Shown: one piece after another, positions 50,824 through 62,070 of the stretch
Layout of the letters: every line of letters begins with the position of its first letter
How positions within the stretch are numbered: the first letter of the stretch is position 1
Assembly (NCBI GenBank): GCA_965603825.1
Contig: CBFDEM010000010.1
Span: forward strand, 532,158 to 596,157
Direction: 5' to 3'
Source of the DNA: Blepharisma stoltei ATCC 30299
Lineage: Eukaryota; Protista; Ciliophora
Length of the DNA stretch: 64,000 nt
Position numbers and translations under genes: made by a program
The notes under the pieces: generated by a model
What the model saw: only the letters and a program-made list of their open reading frames with translations
What the model was told of the DNA's origin: nothing
The model's database searches: none

Positions 50824-52212
50824 ATGTCTATGATAATTAGCAAGATTTGGAACTACGATGTATGGTATAACCCATTCTCTCATGTAAAATCACATATCAG
50901 CTGATGGGACGAAATGCTTGAAACTTTCAGCGGAAGAACTTTATTCTTGCTATTTTCTGTCTATTTCTCACAAGGATTCCGCCAATTTGGGTATTTTGCT
51001 ACAAGTCTCTATTTGAAATTGTCATTCGGGATGGAGTTTTCTGAAAATCAGCTAATACAGACAATGATCCTCTTAGCTTGGAACATAAAACCAATTTATG
51101 GGCTTATAAGTGACAATTTTCCTATATTTGGATTCCATAGATGTGGATATTTATTCTTATCTGCTACGATCGGGACGATCTCTTTTATGACCTTCTTCTT
51201 CATACAAAACTTGACTGCCTCTATTATTGCTTTAATCATTTCAGAACTCAGCCAAGCGATAGCAGACGTAATGGCTGATGCTATTGTGGTGCAAGAATCA
51301 AGAAAAACTCATATAGAGGGATCCGACTACCTTCAGTCGTTCTGCTGGTTTTGGCTTGCATTAGGTGCTATTACTGGTGGGCTTTTAGGTGGGTTTTCCT
51401 TGAACTTTTTGTCTCCTAATAATGCTATTGGTGTCCAAGTGATTTGTCCAATTCTGATCATGATAGCTACATTTTTATACCCCGAGCAAAAATCAACTGA
51501 TCACAGCTCTTGCAGCTCATTTTGCTATAAATTGCGAAGGCTATTTAAGCTTTGGTCCAAGCCAATTGTGTTTAAAGTGATGATTTTCAACTTCCTTAAC
51601 AGAGCAACTGTCCCTTCCTTTTCTATGCTGATGTTTTATTTCTATTTTGACAAGGTGGGATTTTCAAAAGAATTCACATCAGCGCTTACAACAATTTCGT
51701 TTATAGGGCTTGCCTGTGGAAGCTTTGTGTATGCAAAATTTTTTACGAAAATTGCTTTTAAAAAGCTTATGTTCTGGGGGTTGATTTTTATCACTTTTTT
51801 CAGCATGATAGATTTTTTATTGATTTTTGGAGTTTATAAAGACATAGGGATAAAGGCAGAATATATAGCTGTTTTTAGCACTTTTATTGGAAATATTGCA
51901 GATTTTACAATAAGAATGATGCCAACATTAGTGATTGCTAGCTTATTATGCCCAAATGGCTCTGAAGCAACCCTCTTTACATTATTTAATTCATCAAATA
52001 ATATTGGAATATCTGTATCATCTTTATTAGGTCCCATGATAGCAAATACCCTAGGGATTTACAATGCAAATAATCCAAATATCTGGATTCTATTTGTAAT
52101 TGGAAGTCTCTCGAATCTCATATTAGTGCTATTTTTGTTTTTGATCCCAGAAAGTAGAGAAAAGTGTTCAGTTGAAGACGAAAAGCTTGCCCAGCCTCTG
52201 CTTAAGAATTAA
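50824..52212 (+). CDS. BT1-family folate/biopterin transporter
   Basis: VYFSQG, WNIKPIYGLISDNFPIFG, DVMADAIVV and LCPNGSEATLF. An upstream ATG at 50824 is in frame via TGA. Confidence 0.9.
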
Positions 52213-52333
52213 TAATAAAATATATTTAATTATCTTATAAATTGCCAGTATGTTTATAATAAAATTAATAATTATTGTTTAGGTCTAAAAATCATAATTT
52301 CCATTATTGAAAAGAATTTTAATTAAATTAGGA

Positions 52334-52876
52334 TTACAAAAATAGACAGATTTCTTTGATAAGATTTGGAGAGAGAGCTCTATAAAAATTAGTCCTTTTT
52401 CATACTCATAATAGTTTTTTCCTATCATGCCAAGGCATTGTAGCCCAAGGTCCATGCACTTCTTGATAAGCCAAGAGTGTTACAAGCTCTTTGTTTTGAT
52501 TAACGATTGCAATTCCTTTCGCTGTCACCCCAGAATCAGTCTTTTTGCTGACGTCTGCTCCTTTTCTGCATAAATAATCAGCAATCCAATTAGATTCCCT
52601 TGAGTTTTGAAAGGCACAAATATGAAGAGCAGTGCAGCCATCCGTATTTGTCTCATCCAGCTCAACTCTGTAGCCATCTACTAGCAATTTTACTACTTCT
52701 AGCTGATTACTTTGGCAGGCAAGCATTAGAGCATTCCATAGATTATCATTCAATGGCTTCTGTGTAAAATATGGATTCTTGTCTACTAATTCAACAATTT
52801 TTGGAATGTCTCCTCTCATGATAAGCTGAGTAAATTCTTTGTTTAGGCTTTTGGGCTTGCTTTGTGTTTTCCCCAT
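52334..52876 (-). CDS. Ankyrin-repeat protein, probably N-myristoylated, 180 aa
   Basis: MGKTQSK start; NALMLAC and TALHICA repeats. Reads through 2 TGA codons to LSPNLIKEICLFL-TAA. Confidence 0.88.
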
Positions 52877-52953
52877 AATTAAATTATTGTGTCTTTAGGG
52901 ATATTTCAAAGAAAATAAGAGTTTATTGGAAGCGTTTTTAATTTAATCATATA

Positions 52954-54120
52954 TTATTCGTCTTCAGAATTCTCAGGTTTTCTTTTATGGCTATGACCTT
53001 TTGGCTCCTTTCTTTCTTGAGATATTTTTCTAGGTTTTGGCTTTTCTTCTTCTAGTTCAAGCTCCACATTTTGTTTTCTCTGGTTCTTGACCTTTTCAAC
53101 CGGCTTCATCTCTTCTTTTGTTTCTTCAGTATTTTTCTTTGCTTTTGTGGATTTCGGCAGCCCCACAAACTTTGCAGGTTTTTTTGGCTTTTCTTCTTTC
53201 TCTTCAATATTCAAATCTGGTGCTGAAGCCAAATTCCCACTTTTTGTTCTCAAATTCCTTATTGTCCTTTTGAGATCTTTTATCTCAAACTCCTTCATTC
53301 TGATTTCCTGCTCTTTTTCCTTTAAAAATCTGTTGGCGCTTTCTTTTGACTCTTCGTAATATCCTTTTTCTTGTTCTATCTCAGCCAATCTTTTCCTCCA
53401 CCTAGGCTCTACTGAGAGTTTCATTTTTTCGAGCTCAGCAATCTCTTCTTTAAGTGCTTGGATTTCTCTGGACTCAAGAGGGAGTTTTTCAGGCTCTTCT
53501 TCATAGCCCGAAGTCTTTGAGCTTTTTTTTCCTGGATATGGCGTTTCTGATGAAATTCCTAGCTCTTCTGCCTGCCTTTCTAATTGAGCTATTTTTGTTA
53601 ATGCGTTTTCGTTTTGCTTTTTCTGATGGTTGTATTTTGCATCAATTTCTTTCAATTTTTCTTTGCAAACTCTGAGTTCTTCATTTAGAATCCTCATTTC
53701 TTTAGCCTCTTCTGGGTCTGTAGACTGGATATTTATTCGGTTGGCCCCATCCTTCAGCTCTCGCTGAATCTCCCTGTTCCTGTTGACAGTTTCCTTGAGC
53801 AGTGCTTTTGTGGAAACGATTTCTTCTTCAAGCTTGTGCTTGTTTTCGAATGAATGGGCTTCAAGCTGCTGCCTTAGGATTTCTATTTCTTTTTCTGTTG
53901 CAGAAAGAAGCTTCTGTGCACTTTCTATTCTTTTTTCAGTTGCTAAATGGATTTTACATGAACTGCTTGGCTCTGGGGCTGCTTGCTTTGCCAAAAGATC
54001 GTCAAGGGTTTGACTGACCTGCCTTAATTCGTTTCTTAGCTCTTCATTTTGGGCCCGCAATTGGTTTAATGCACTGAGTAGTTGTTACATTAATGGATTT
54101 GAAGAAATAGCAGTTTCCAT
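52954..54120 (-). CDS. Coiled-coil protein; 15-nt intron 54074-54088 (possible second intron 53943-53957)
   Basis: ATG 54120 joins the long ORF once gtaacaactactcag, which holds an in-frame TAA, is removed. Confidence 0.85.
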
Positions 54121-54541
54121 TTTATTTTTGTATGAAGGGAAAATCAAGGTGCTTGCTAGAATTTTATAATTGCTATTTAATTTTCAGTGCCAACTCGATC
54201 CAAGTTAGCTGCTAATATAAATTTAGCAGCAACTTTACTTTAAGATTTGTCCTAATTAATTAAATCACATTTCGCATTTCTATCTAAGCTGTTTCAACTA
54301 AATTTTTATCAAGATCTAAGCCTCTTTCGGTATTTCTAAAGTTTTTATATCATAAAAGTTGATTAATAATAAAAGAAAAATCTATATTAGGCTCTAGATT
54401 CCTTGTCTTTATGCTCAGTCTTTTCAGAGATTCCCTCAACGAAGCAATATTTTTGATGCTGTCCAGCAAGACTCTGAGTCGATCTGGTTTGATCACAACA
54501 TGTGCCTCATTAAGAAAAATCTATTCAAGGTATACTAAAAA

Positions 54542-55927
54542 TTAGTTAGGATTACTTTCTTCAACTTCCATTTTTTCCATCCCTCTCGCAAGCCTCTCCA
54601 CTCTTGCCCTTTTCCTCTTCAAGCTGAACTGCATTCTTGTGTAAAGGTTTCTAATTTTCTTTGTCATCATTATTTTCCCGAGCTCTTTCTTCTGTGACTC
54701 CTCTTCTTGCTGCAACTCAATGTTTTCGCCCTTAAGTTGCATTATTTCTTTAAGCCTGTCAGGAATGTGGCTTTCTTGTTGGTAATCAACGAACGGAGAC
54801 AAGTGGGGAGGAGCTTGGCATCCAGGTTTGTAAGGGGCAATTGGTAGCAAAATCTTGAAATTCAAGCAGTCATAAACCCACTGTGGCAGCACATACTCTC
54901 TGTCTTGCCTAGTTTCGTTGATCGGCCTATCAACAATTTGGTGTGTAACTTGATCGCAATCATCTGGAGCTATTTCTCCAGCACAAGACCTTATAATTAG
55001 CTCTAAAGAGTATCTTGGGGTTTCTCTTCCAAGGAAAAAGACAAATCCTTTGAACAGTTTTTTGGATGCTTCTCTATCTTCATGCATTTTTTGAATTTTC
55101 TTTACATCAGGGTCAGACTGGAATTCTGGGTCAAAATGGAAATTGTCTTCTGGAACCTGGGCCTGGGAAATGTGCTGAGATGTTGGAACACTAAGATCTG
55201 GAGGGTAGCTGAGTCCTACTTCTTGGAAAAGCTTAAAATTAACAAACCTCAGCAGAGTGTGATAAAATTCGAGAAAAGTAAGCATTATAGAGTAGTCGAC
55301 ATCAGTAGGTAAATGCTGTGCAAATTGGTAAGGGACCAGCCAAGTTACTTCTTGGCCTTTAATTTCGGCCTGGTAGTAAATGCCTTTTATTGATAAAAAC
55401 GATTTCCGGACACTTTTGCTTACGATCAGATATAACTCAAATTCATGCCATAGCCGTTCACTCATCCTTATCATGTCAAATGATATTTTATAGTCTTTGT
55501 TGCTTGGACAGCTGGCAAACAGACAAACCATAGATAAAGCATCATCTAGGTCCCTGAGCGCATCTCCAAACCGTGGGTATCTTTCTCGAAGTAGGTGATG
55601 AAGGCTATATGATGGTGCATTTTCCTTCAGCTTCTCAGCTTTCATTCCGTCTTTTTTAACCGTAGCTTTGCGTATTTTCTTGACCCAAGAGTCTATTTCT
55701 CTGAATTTAGAGAGAAGCTGCTCATGAGCGAGATACTTGACATCTTTTGTGTGATAGTAAGTCTTAGATGAGTCTTTCTTTTTTCTTGGATCTCTGGGGT
55801 ATACTCCTTTGAGAATGCAGAGCCTATGGAATTGTTTTGTGTTTAGCTGAAGTTTGCGCATCGCTTTGCCTTTTGTGATGTATTGGACTAATTCCCCTTC
55901 TTTTCCTTTGGTTTTTTGTTTGCCCAT
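54542..55927 (-). CDS. PES1: Pescadillo/Nop7 ribosome biogenesis factor
   Basis: RLCILKGVYPRDP, ERYPRFGDALRDLDDALS, FLSIKGIYYQAEI, a BRCT domain with PQWVYDC, and PPHLSPFV. Confidence 0.96.
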   Translation of the reverse strand: MGKQKTKGKEGELVQYITKGKAMRKLQLNTKQFHRLCILKGVYPRDPRKKKDSSKTYYHTKDVKYLAHEQLLSKFREIDSWVKKIRKATVKKDGMKAEKLKENAPSYSLHHLLRERYPRFGDALRDLDDALSMVCLFASCPSNKDYKISFDMIRMSERLWHEFELYLIVSKSVRKSFLSIKGIYYQAEIKGQEVTWLVPYQFAQHLPTDVDYSIMLTFLEFYHTLLRFVNFKLFQEVGLSYPPDLSVPTSQHISQAQVPEDNFHFDPEFQSDPDVKKIQKMHEDREASKKLFKGFVFFLGRETPRYSLELIIRSCAGEIAPDDCDQVTHQIVDRPINETRQDREYVLPQWVYDCLNFKILLPIAPYKPGCQAPPHLSPFVDYQQESHIPDRLKEIMQLKGENIELQQEEESQKKELGKIMMTKKIRNLYTRMQFSLKRKRARVERLARGMEKMEVEESNPN

Positions 55928-56534
55928 TGACTAATTATTAGCCCATTAATATGCAAATATGGAAATCACAATTGAATTGGAGTCTCGAGCATATTTCTTT
56001 TAATTTGGGTCTAGAGTAAAACAATCTTTTTGGGTAACCCTCTTTGCAATCTTGATCTAAAGCTCCTTTTTTATGGAAGTTCTTATGCATTCGAATTTTC
56101 TAACTTGACTAGCGAATAGGATTATATGCTTTAAAAGAAAGGGTTAACTTTTTTGTCAAATTTGGTAAAGAAAATATGATAATTTAGAAACTATATAGAT
56201 CTTTTTATCAATTTAAAGCTTAGCAAAAAGTCAACAGAAGAAACCTTAGAAGTCTTGAATTGGCCACACACTTAGATTGTGAACGAATTACAAGTAATAA
56301 ACTATGCTCCATGGCAATAGATAATTTTTTATTTCTCAAACTACTGCTGCTATAGACATACTTTAATACAAATTATAGGTTTTATAATTATCTTACTCAA
56401 TATTTAAGCTCTTATCAGCCCTAGAAAAGATTCTAGTTAAAAGAACATTAAAAATTCTCATAATAAGCAATATAAATAATTAGATAAATTTATTTGAATA
56501 AACAAATAATTTTGGAATTAAATTCAGAGTATAA

Positions 56535-57170
56535 CTAGCAAGAAGAAGTTCTTGCCCTTCTTGCACCAAGTTTCCAAGTTGTTGGAACTCTAGAAACAAC
56601 CTCCAGATCTAATTCACTCTGGTCAGGGCTATTTACTCTCGTGCAGCATTTTCTTTCGTCTAATTTTTCAACAAAGGCTCTATATGCTGAAAAAGCACTA
56701 TTTAATAGAGGCCTATTTTTAATGTATTTATCGCGCTTTTTTCGAATCTTTGCATCAGAAACTTGTGTCATTGGTTTTAAAACACAGCTTCTGTTTTTGC
56801 ATTTTTTTAATCCTTTTCATGTCACTAAGTTGTCACTATTTTGGCTTTCTTTAAGAAGCTGCTCTAGATCGTAACTTGAGCTCTTGCAAATTTTGTGAAT
56901 GTATTTTTGAGTTTCCATGAGAAAAGCCAAGGTGTCTCTTTTCTTATTTTTTTGCTTATTGATAAATTTATCTTCGCCAAGTAGATAGATTCATTTATCT
57001 GGAATTGATGATTTTCACATATACTCGATTGATCTTGATTTTGGGGTGCCATATCAAGCTGATCTTTTGCCTTGAGGTGATTCTCAGTTTTGTTCTTCTT
57101 CTAGCTTTCTGTTTCTTTCTACCTCTTGATTGAGGACTGACAAACTTGGGTTAAATGATCTCCCTTTCAT
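56535..57170 (-). CDS. Hypothetical protein, 211 aa
   Basis: ATG 57170 to TAG 56535, open with 5 TGA=Trp codons. Confidence 0.7.
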
Positions 57171-57562
57171 TAGAAATTATAAAGATAATAAGTTTATAAT
57201 TATGAACTTAGAATGTTTCGCAAATATTGTTAATTAAATTTTAAACCAAACAGATTGGTTGAATTCAGATATCAGATGGTAAATTATTAAAAATGTTTAA
57301 AAATAATTTGAGCTTTCAGTATAAATTAAATTTTAGACATGATTTTTTATATATAAGTTTAACCTAAATTGCCTAATTAAATGCTCACATAGCGTGTCTG
57401 AAAAGTTCATTTATAAATTTTATATTATCAAATCGATATCAGATTGGATTGACCAAGCAGTTAAACATAAAAGATGATTTCAAAAATTAATCAAATATAA
57501 TTAATAAGTTTAAAGCTATTCACCATTGGATTGATTAAATTTATATATTAGGAATTAAAAAC

Positions 57563-59800
57563 TTTAGCTTTGAGGACGTTTGAAAATTGAAAGCAAAGCA
57601 ATTTTGGATATATAACAGCACAAACAAATTACTGGAGTTTAAGAAGAATGGCTGAGTAGGCTCAAGCATTGAAAATTTTGAAGATGACCCTGCCATTGTG
57701 GAAAATAATTTGAATGGCAGCTTCATTGAAGTCTTTTAATCCAACCTCTTTTATTCCAGACATCACCATTAAAGAAAATTACAGTCGAGACTTCTAAAAA
57801 TTTATAGACTTGATGCTTTTAAGACTTAGTGATAATTTGTATTGGCCTTATATGAGAGACATTAATCTCAAAGCCAGGAAACTTCTCAAAATTTCGGCTC
57901 CAGAAAGCTAACTTCTAGATCTTGAGCTAAAAAAACTAGATTTAATTTTGATGGAGCACAAGTTCCACTAATTCAATTTGTTTATTTTAAATTCCTGTTT
58001 AACTTCATATAATAAGCAATCATAGAAATAGCCAATAATTAGATAATAATTATTATAGGTAGAAGTTATGGATCTATACAATTTTATCATAAAATGTTTC
58101 TAACAGCTTCACTAATCGCTACAAGTTTTTATGATGATGTAGATCAAGCAGGATAGCAAGAGAGCCTAGAGATGAAAGGCATGCCAAATGACACCGACAA
58201 TATCTGGGCTTAAAATTCACTATAGGTGAGCTCTTGAATTCTAGTGCTTTCAGCCCAGATGGAAAATATCTGTGTTTTACAACTGATAAGAAGTTTCTAT
58301 ATGTGATAGCAATTGTCGAAGAACAATTTTGGACAGCTGAGATTGCAAGAAGTAAGGAAATAGGCAGAAATGCAAGAATTATAAGTCCATCTATCATTCA
58401 AAATCAGCAAATAACGCCTTGTTCGCTTGACAGGAGAGTAGATTTCATGAAGATAAGGCAAGACCTGAAGACCAATGTTTATATAATTTTCTGTTCTGGA
58501 ATTAACACCATAAATATATTTGAACTCAAAAGCAGCTTAATCAAAATTAAGGAGGATAGGGTTGAAGTCGGCTAGCCAGCTTTAGAAACCACAAAGGATA
58601 TAGCAATTTTTCATAACACTCATGATAAATCAAAAAATTAGCCTATACAAATACCAAGAACTTGTATAATAGCTGGCGATGACAATGGATTAGTCAGCAT
58701 AGATGATGTAACTGAAGCTGAAATAATAAAGCCATTTAAGGTGTATGACAATGTCTGAGGTTTATCATACTTCTCGTGTGAGATGTATTGCACTGGCTGA
58801 GTTTGTGGAGAAATCCTCCTTAGAAGTCAAGCCTAGACGGACTAAAATTTTATTTTCAGGTGGGAAGTGCACTATGATAGGGTACAGAATAGACCAAACT
58901 GATATGCGAAAGCTCATTATAAGTATATAAATGATTTGGAGGTCACCAAGGACTGTTTATTACTTATTTCTTGCTCAGATAACTGTTTGGTACTGATATG
59001 GAGTATAAACTTCAGCTTTGGCTATAACGAATTTAGCCTTGCAAAATTAAAGCAAATTTCTTACTTCCAAGAAAGAGTTACACATTTGATAATTAATGAC
59101 AATCATTTTATGGCGTCTTCATTTGATGAAACAGTTTAAATATGAAATATATCAGAATCTTTTTGTTTGAGCTAGAATTTTAATGGAAAATACAGATCTA
59201 TCGTTTCTTAGTGAAAAAATTCTATCCTTGAAGCTGCAGCTAGAAAGAAAATCATTGTTTTAGGTAAACCTGTTTCCACTTAAGAAATTTTAATATTAGG
59301 GTAACAAAGCAAAATAAGAAAATTCTTAAAATACATTTACTCAGCTTACAGCTAAGCCCCAGAGCATGATGTAGAGATGGATAACTTTTTTATACCAAAA
59401 TACGATATAAATATTCTACTTGCCTATACTGACAGAGATTTGGCAGAGCATTTGACACTAAGCTTAAAAAGCTGATGGACCATTTTCAGCTGCTATTCAA
59501 AACGAAACACCTTCAGTTTAAGTTTGAAGGGTAAGCATAAAGACTGCGTTGCTTCTTATTTAAAAGAAAATTAGCCATCCTTAATGAAATCGGCATAAGC
59601 TCACTTGATGAGTTTATAGTTCTATTTCTATTAAGAGAGAAAATGAAGTTGAAAAATTTGCCACTAAATGAAAAAGACTTCCAAAATTTTTTATTCAGAA
59701 ACCTTTGTGCTTTTAAAAGAAACTTTGATGAGGCAAATAAATTGACTTTTTGGGGTTATGACATAAGCCAGATTGAAAAAAGATATTGAAAGATTTAATA
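57563..59800 (+). pseudogene. Decayed WD40-repeat gene
   Basis: AFSPDGKYL, LISCSDNCLVLIWS and MASSFDETV*I(W)N, with many TAA/TAG stops and frameshifts. Confidence 0.7.
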
Positions 59801-59822
59801 GCAAAAGATTATTAAATGAGAC

Positions 59823-61935
59823 CTATTTAAATCAATCTTCATTTTTTTCAATTTCATCTAATTCATCCATTAATTCCTCCTCATCAGTTAAGCTTATTGG
59901 TAAGTATATTGCATCCTCTCCAAACACCTTAGTTAATCTTTTCGTCTCTAAATTGAACTTAAAGCAATTTAAAATATAACCTGTTGCAATGTTTATTCCT
60001 CCTTTATTATATGACAAATAAACTTGATAAAAATAATCTATTATTGAGTCTCCAATTCGTCTCCAGACAGTATCATTTGACAATTCGCTTTCATAGATTG
60101 ATCCATTTTCACATTCAATTAAATACAGTCTCTCTGCACTTATAAGAATCTTGCATTTTTCAGCTTGAAAATCATAAGGAATTGTTGCGAAAGTGTTGCT
60201 ACCAATTGAATACCTCAAAAGATTTTTATTTTCCCTTCCAGAAATCACAATATTCCCGTTAAATATTACACTAGTGCAATTGTAATCAGCTTTTGGCAGT
60301 GGCTTTAATTTAATTCATCGGTTTTCATTTAAATCAAATCTCTCTGATAGAGTTAAAGCACGATTATTATTTTCTCCTCCAAAGCAATAAAGACTATTAT
60401 TGAAATAGATAGCTGATGAGCATCTGCAAGGAGTTCCAGATGGCAGCTGCCGAACTCTATAATTCTCATCGATTATCAATGAAATCCCAGAATATGGGTA
60501 GTCTTTACCAAAGCAAAATAAATTACCATTAGGAAGCTGAGCAATGCAAGTGCCTCAATCCAGTGGTTCAGGAGTCTCTAATATCCTTACTTCTTTACTA
60601 TCATTCTCTGTATCATAAATCATCAATTTAGTTCTCGTTATTATCATCATCTCTAATTGTATAAAGAGATGTTTTTTGGCGATAAGCATTAGTATAATCT
60701 TGATAAGCTTGCTGATCAACAGAGACATCGCTACTGAACTTTGAGCAGGTTCTCCTAAAGTCTTGCTCTAATTCTGGGTCATTTGGTCTATTTAAAATTT
60801 CAGACCTCTTCTCTCTTAGCTCTTGAATGCTTTGGGCTTTTTCTGTTTCATTATTTTTGATAAGATCTTGATTTATTTTAATAGTTTGAGAATTAAGCAG
60901 GTCTTCATTACTGTCTTTGAGGCCTTTCTCGCTCTTTTTATTTCCATTTATTATGCTGCTCAAGCGAGCGATTTCTGCTCTAAGCCACTCAATTTCATTT
61001 TTCTGGACTATGTTTTCTTTTCTGTATTTAGATAACTCTTTTTCAAGCTGCTCATTTCTTTCCCTTTCTTTCTCAAGTTGAATTTGGCAAATAGCTGCAT
61101 TCATTGCAGATGCTTGTGGAATTGTAATGCCTAAGCTTAGAGTTTTATTGACTATAAACTCATGAGTTAAGATATCAACTATTTTGGGCCTCTCTATTCG
61201 CCGCTTTTTTAGGCACCAATCAACGAAATACCTCAATTCATTAGAGTATTCGCTTCTTATTGGCCTATGAGGTGCATTTTTTATTTTATTCACATTATCG
61301 CCAAAAGGATGCTCAAGGTTGCAGAGATAATACAAAATGCAGCCGACTGCCCAAACATCACTTTCTTTAGCCTGAGGATCTCCACTATGAGTCCTAGGAG
61401 ACTGGTAACTGGCAACACCCTGAATTGTTTTGGTCTGTAAAGAGCGAGAAGTGCCAAAATCAGCTATTTTAATATCTTTATTTTCGTCTAAGAGGATATT
61501 TTGTGGATGAAGATCTCGATGAGTAAATCCGTTGTAGTGCAAAGACTCGAGCCCAAAGCAGATCTGGATGAAATATTTTCAGATTTCGTCTTCTTCAAAC
61601 ATTTCATCGGCGCTAATCTTATCAACTATGGCTTTAAGAAGGTCTCCATTTCTACAATAATCTATGACCATATAGAAAGTTTCACCTTTAACAAAAAAGG
61701 AGTCTAAACGAAGCTTATATGGATTGGCCCATGAGAGTACTTGCAACTCAGCTCCAATATCCTTCCAGGTTGACCCTGTGCTATTTCTGGCTACAGCCTT
61801 TATTGCGTACATTTGTCCATTGCCTGAATAAAAATTACTTCTCTTTATGGCTCTATAGATAATTCCATAACCTCCAAAATTAAAGTGATCCTTAACTTCA
61901 AAAGTGTTTGTTAAGTCTTCAGGAAAAAGCTCCAT
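59823..61935 (-). CDS. NEK-like kinase / coiled-coil / Kelch-like propeller chimera; one frame disruption at ~60632
   Basis: GGYG, YAIK, EDEI(W)KYFIQIC, HRDLHPQN, DFG and DVWAVGC. The segment 60830-59930 is paralogous to 1808-2360. Propeller motif AIYFNNSLYCFGG..ERFD..NR(W). Confidence 0.82.
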
Positions 61936-62070
61936 GGTTATCGATCGAAATTACTATATTCCATTAAAGACCACACTTTTGAAATCAATATTTAGCTTTG
62001 ATATTAATTATTTACCAATTTATATCTAAATCAAAACTTTAAGAAAAGGCTTGGAGTATTTAAATATTTA

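Noticed and set aside
57563-59800. Gene using TAA/TAG=Gln (a second genetic code)
   Set aside because: Frameshifts are also present, and a stop falls at a Lys position (DETV*IW). Neighbouring genes end in TAA/TAG, so simple decay explains it.
26347-61707. Numerous short opposite-strand or off-frame ORFs in the track (e.g. 33065, 35972, 39716, 47538, 53087, 55082)
   Set aside because: These are shadows of longer genes that have clear motifs.
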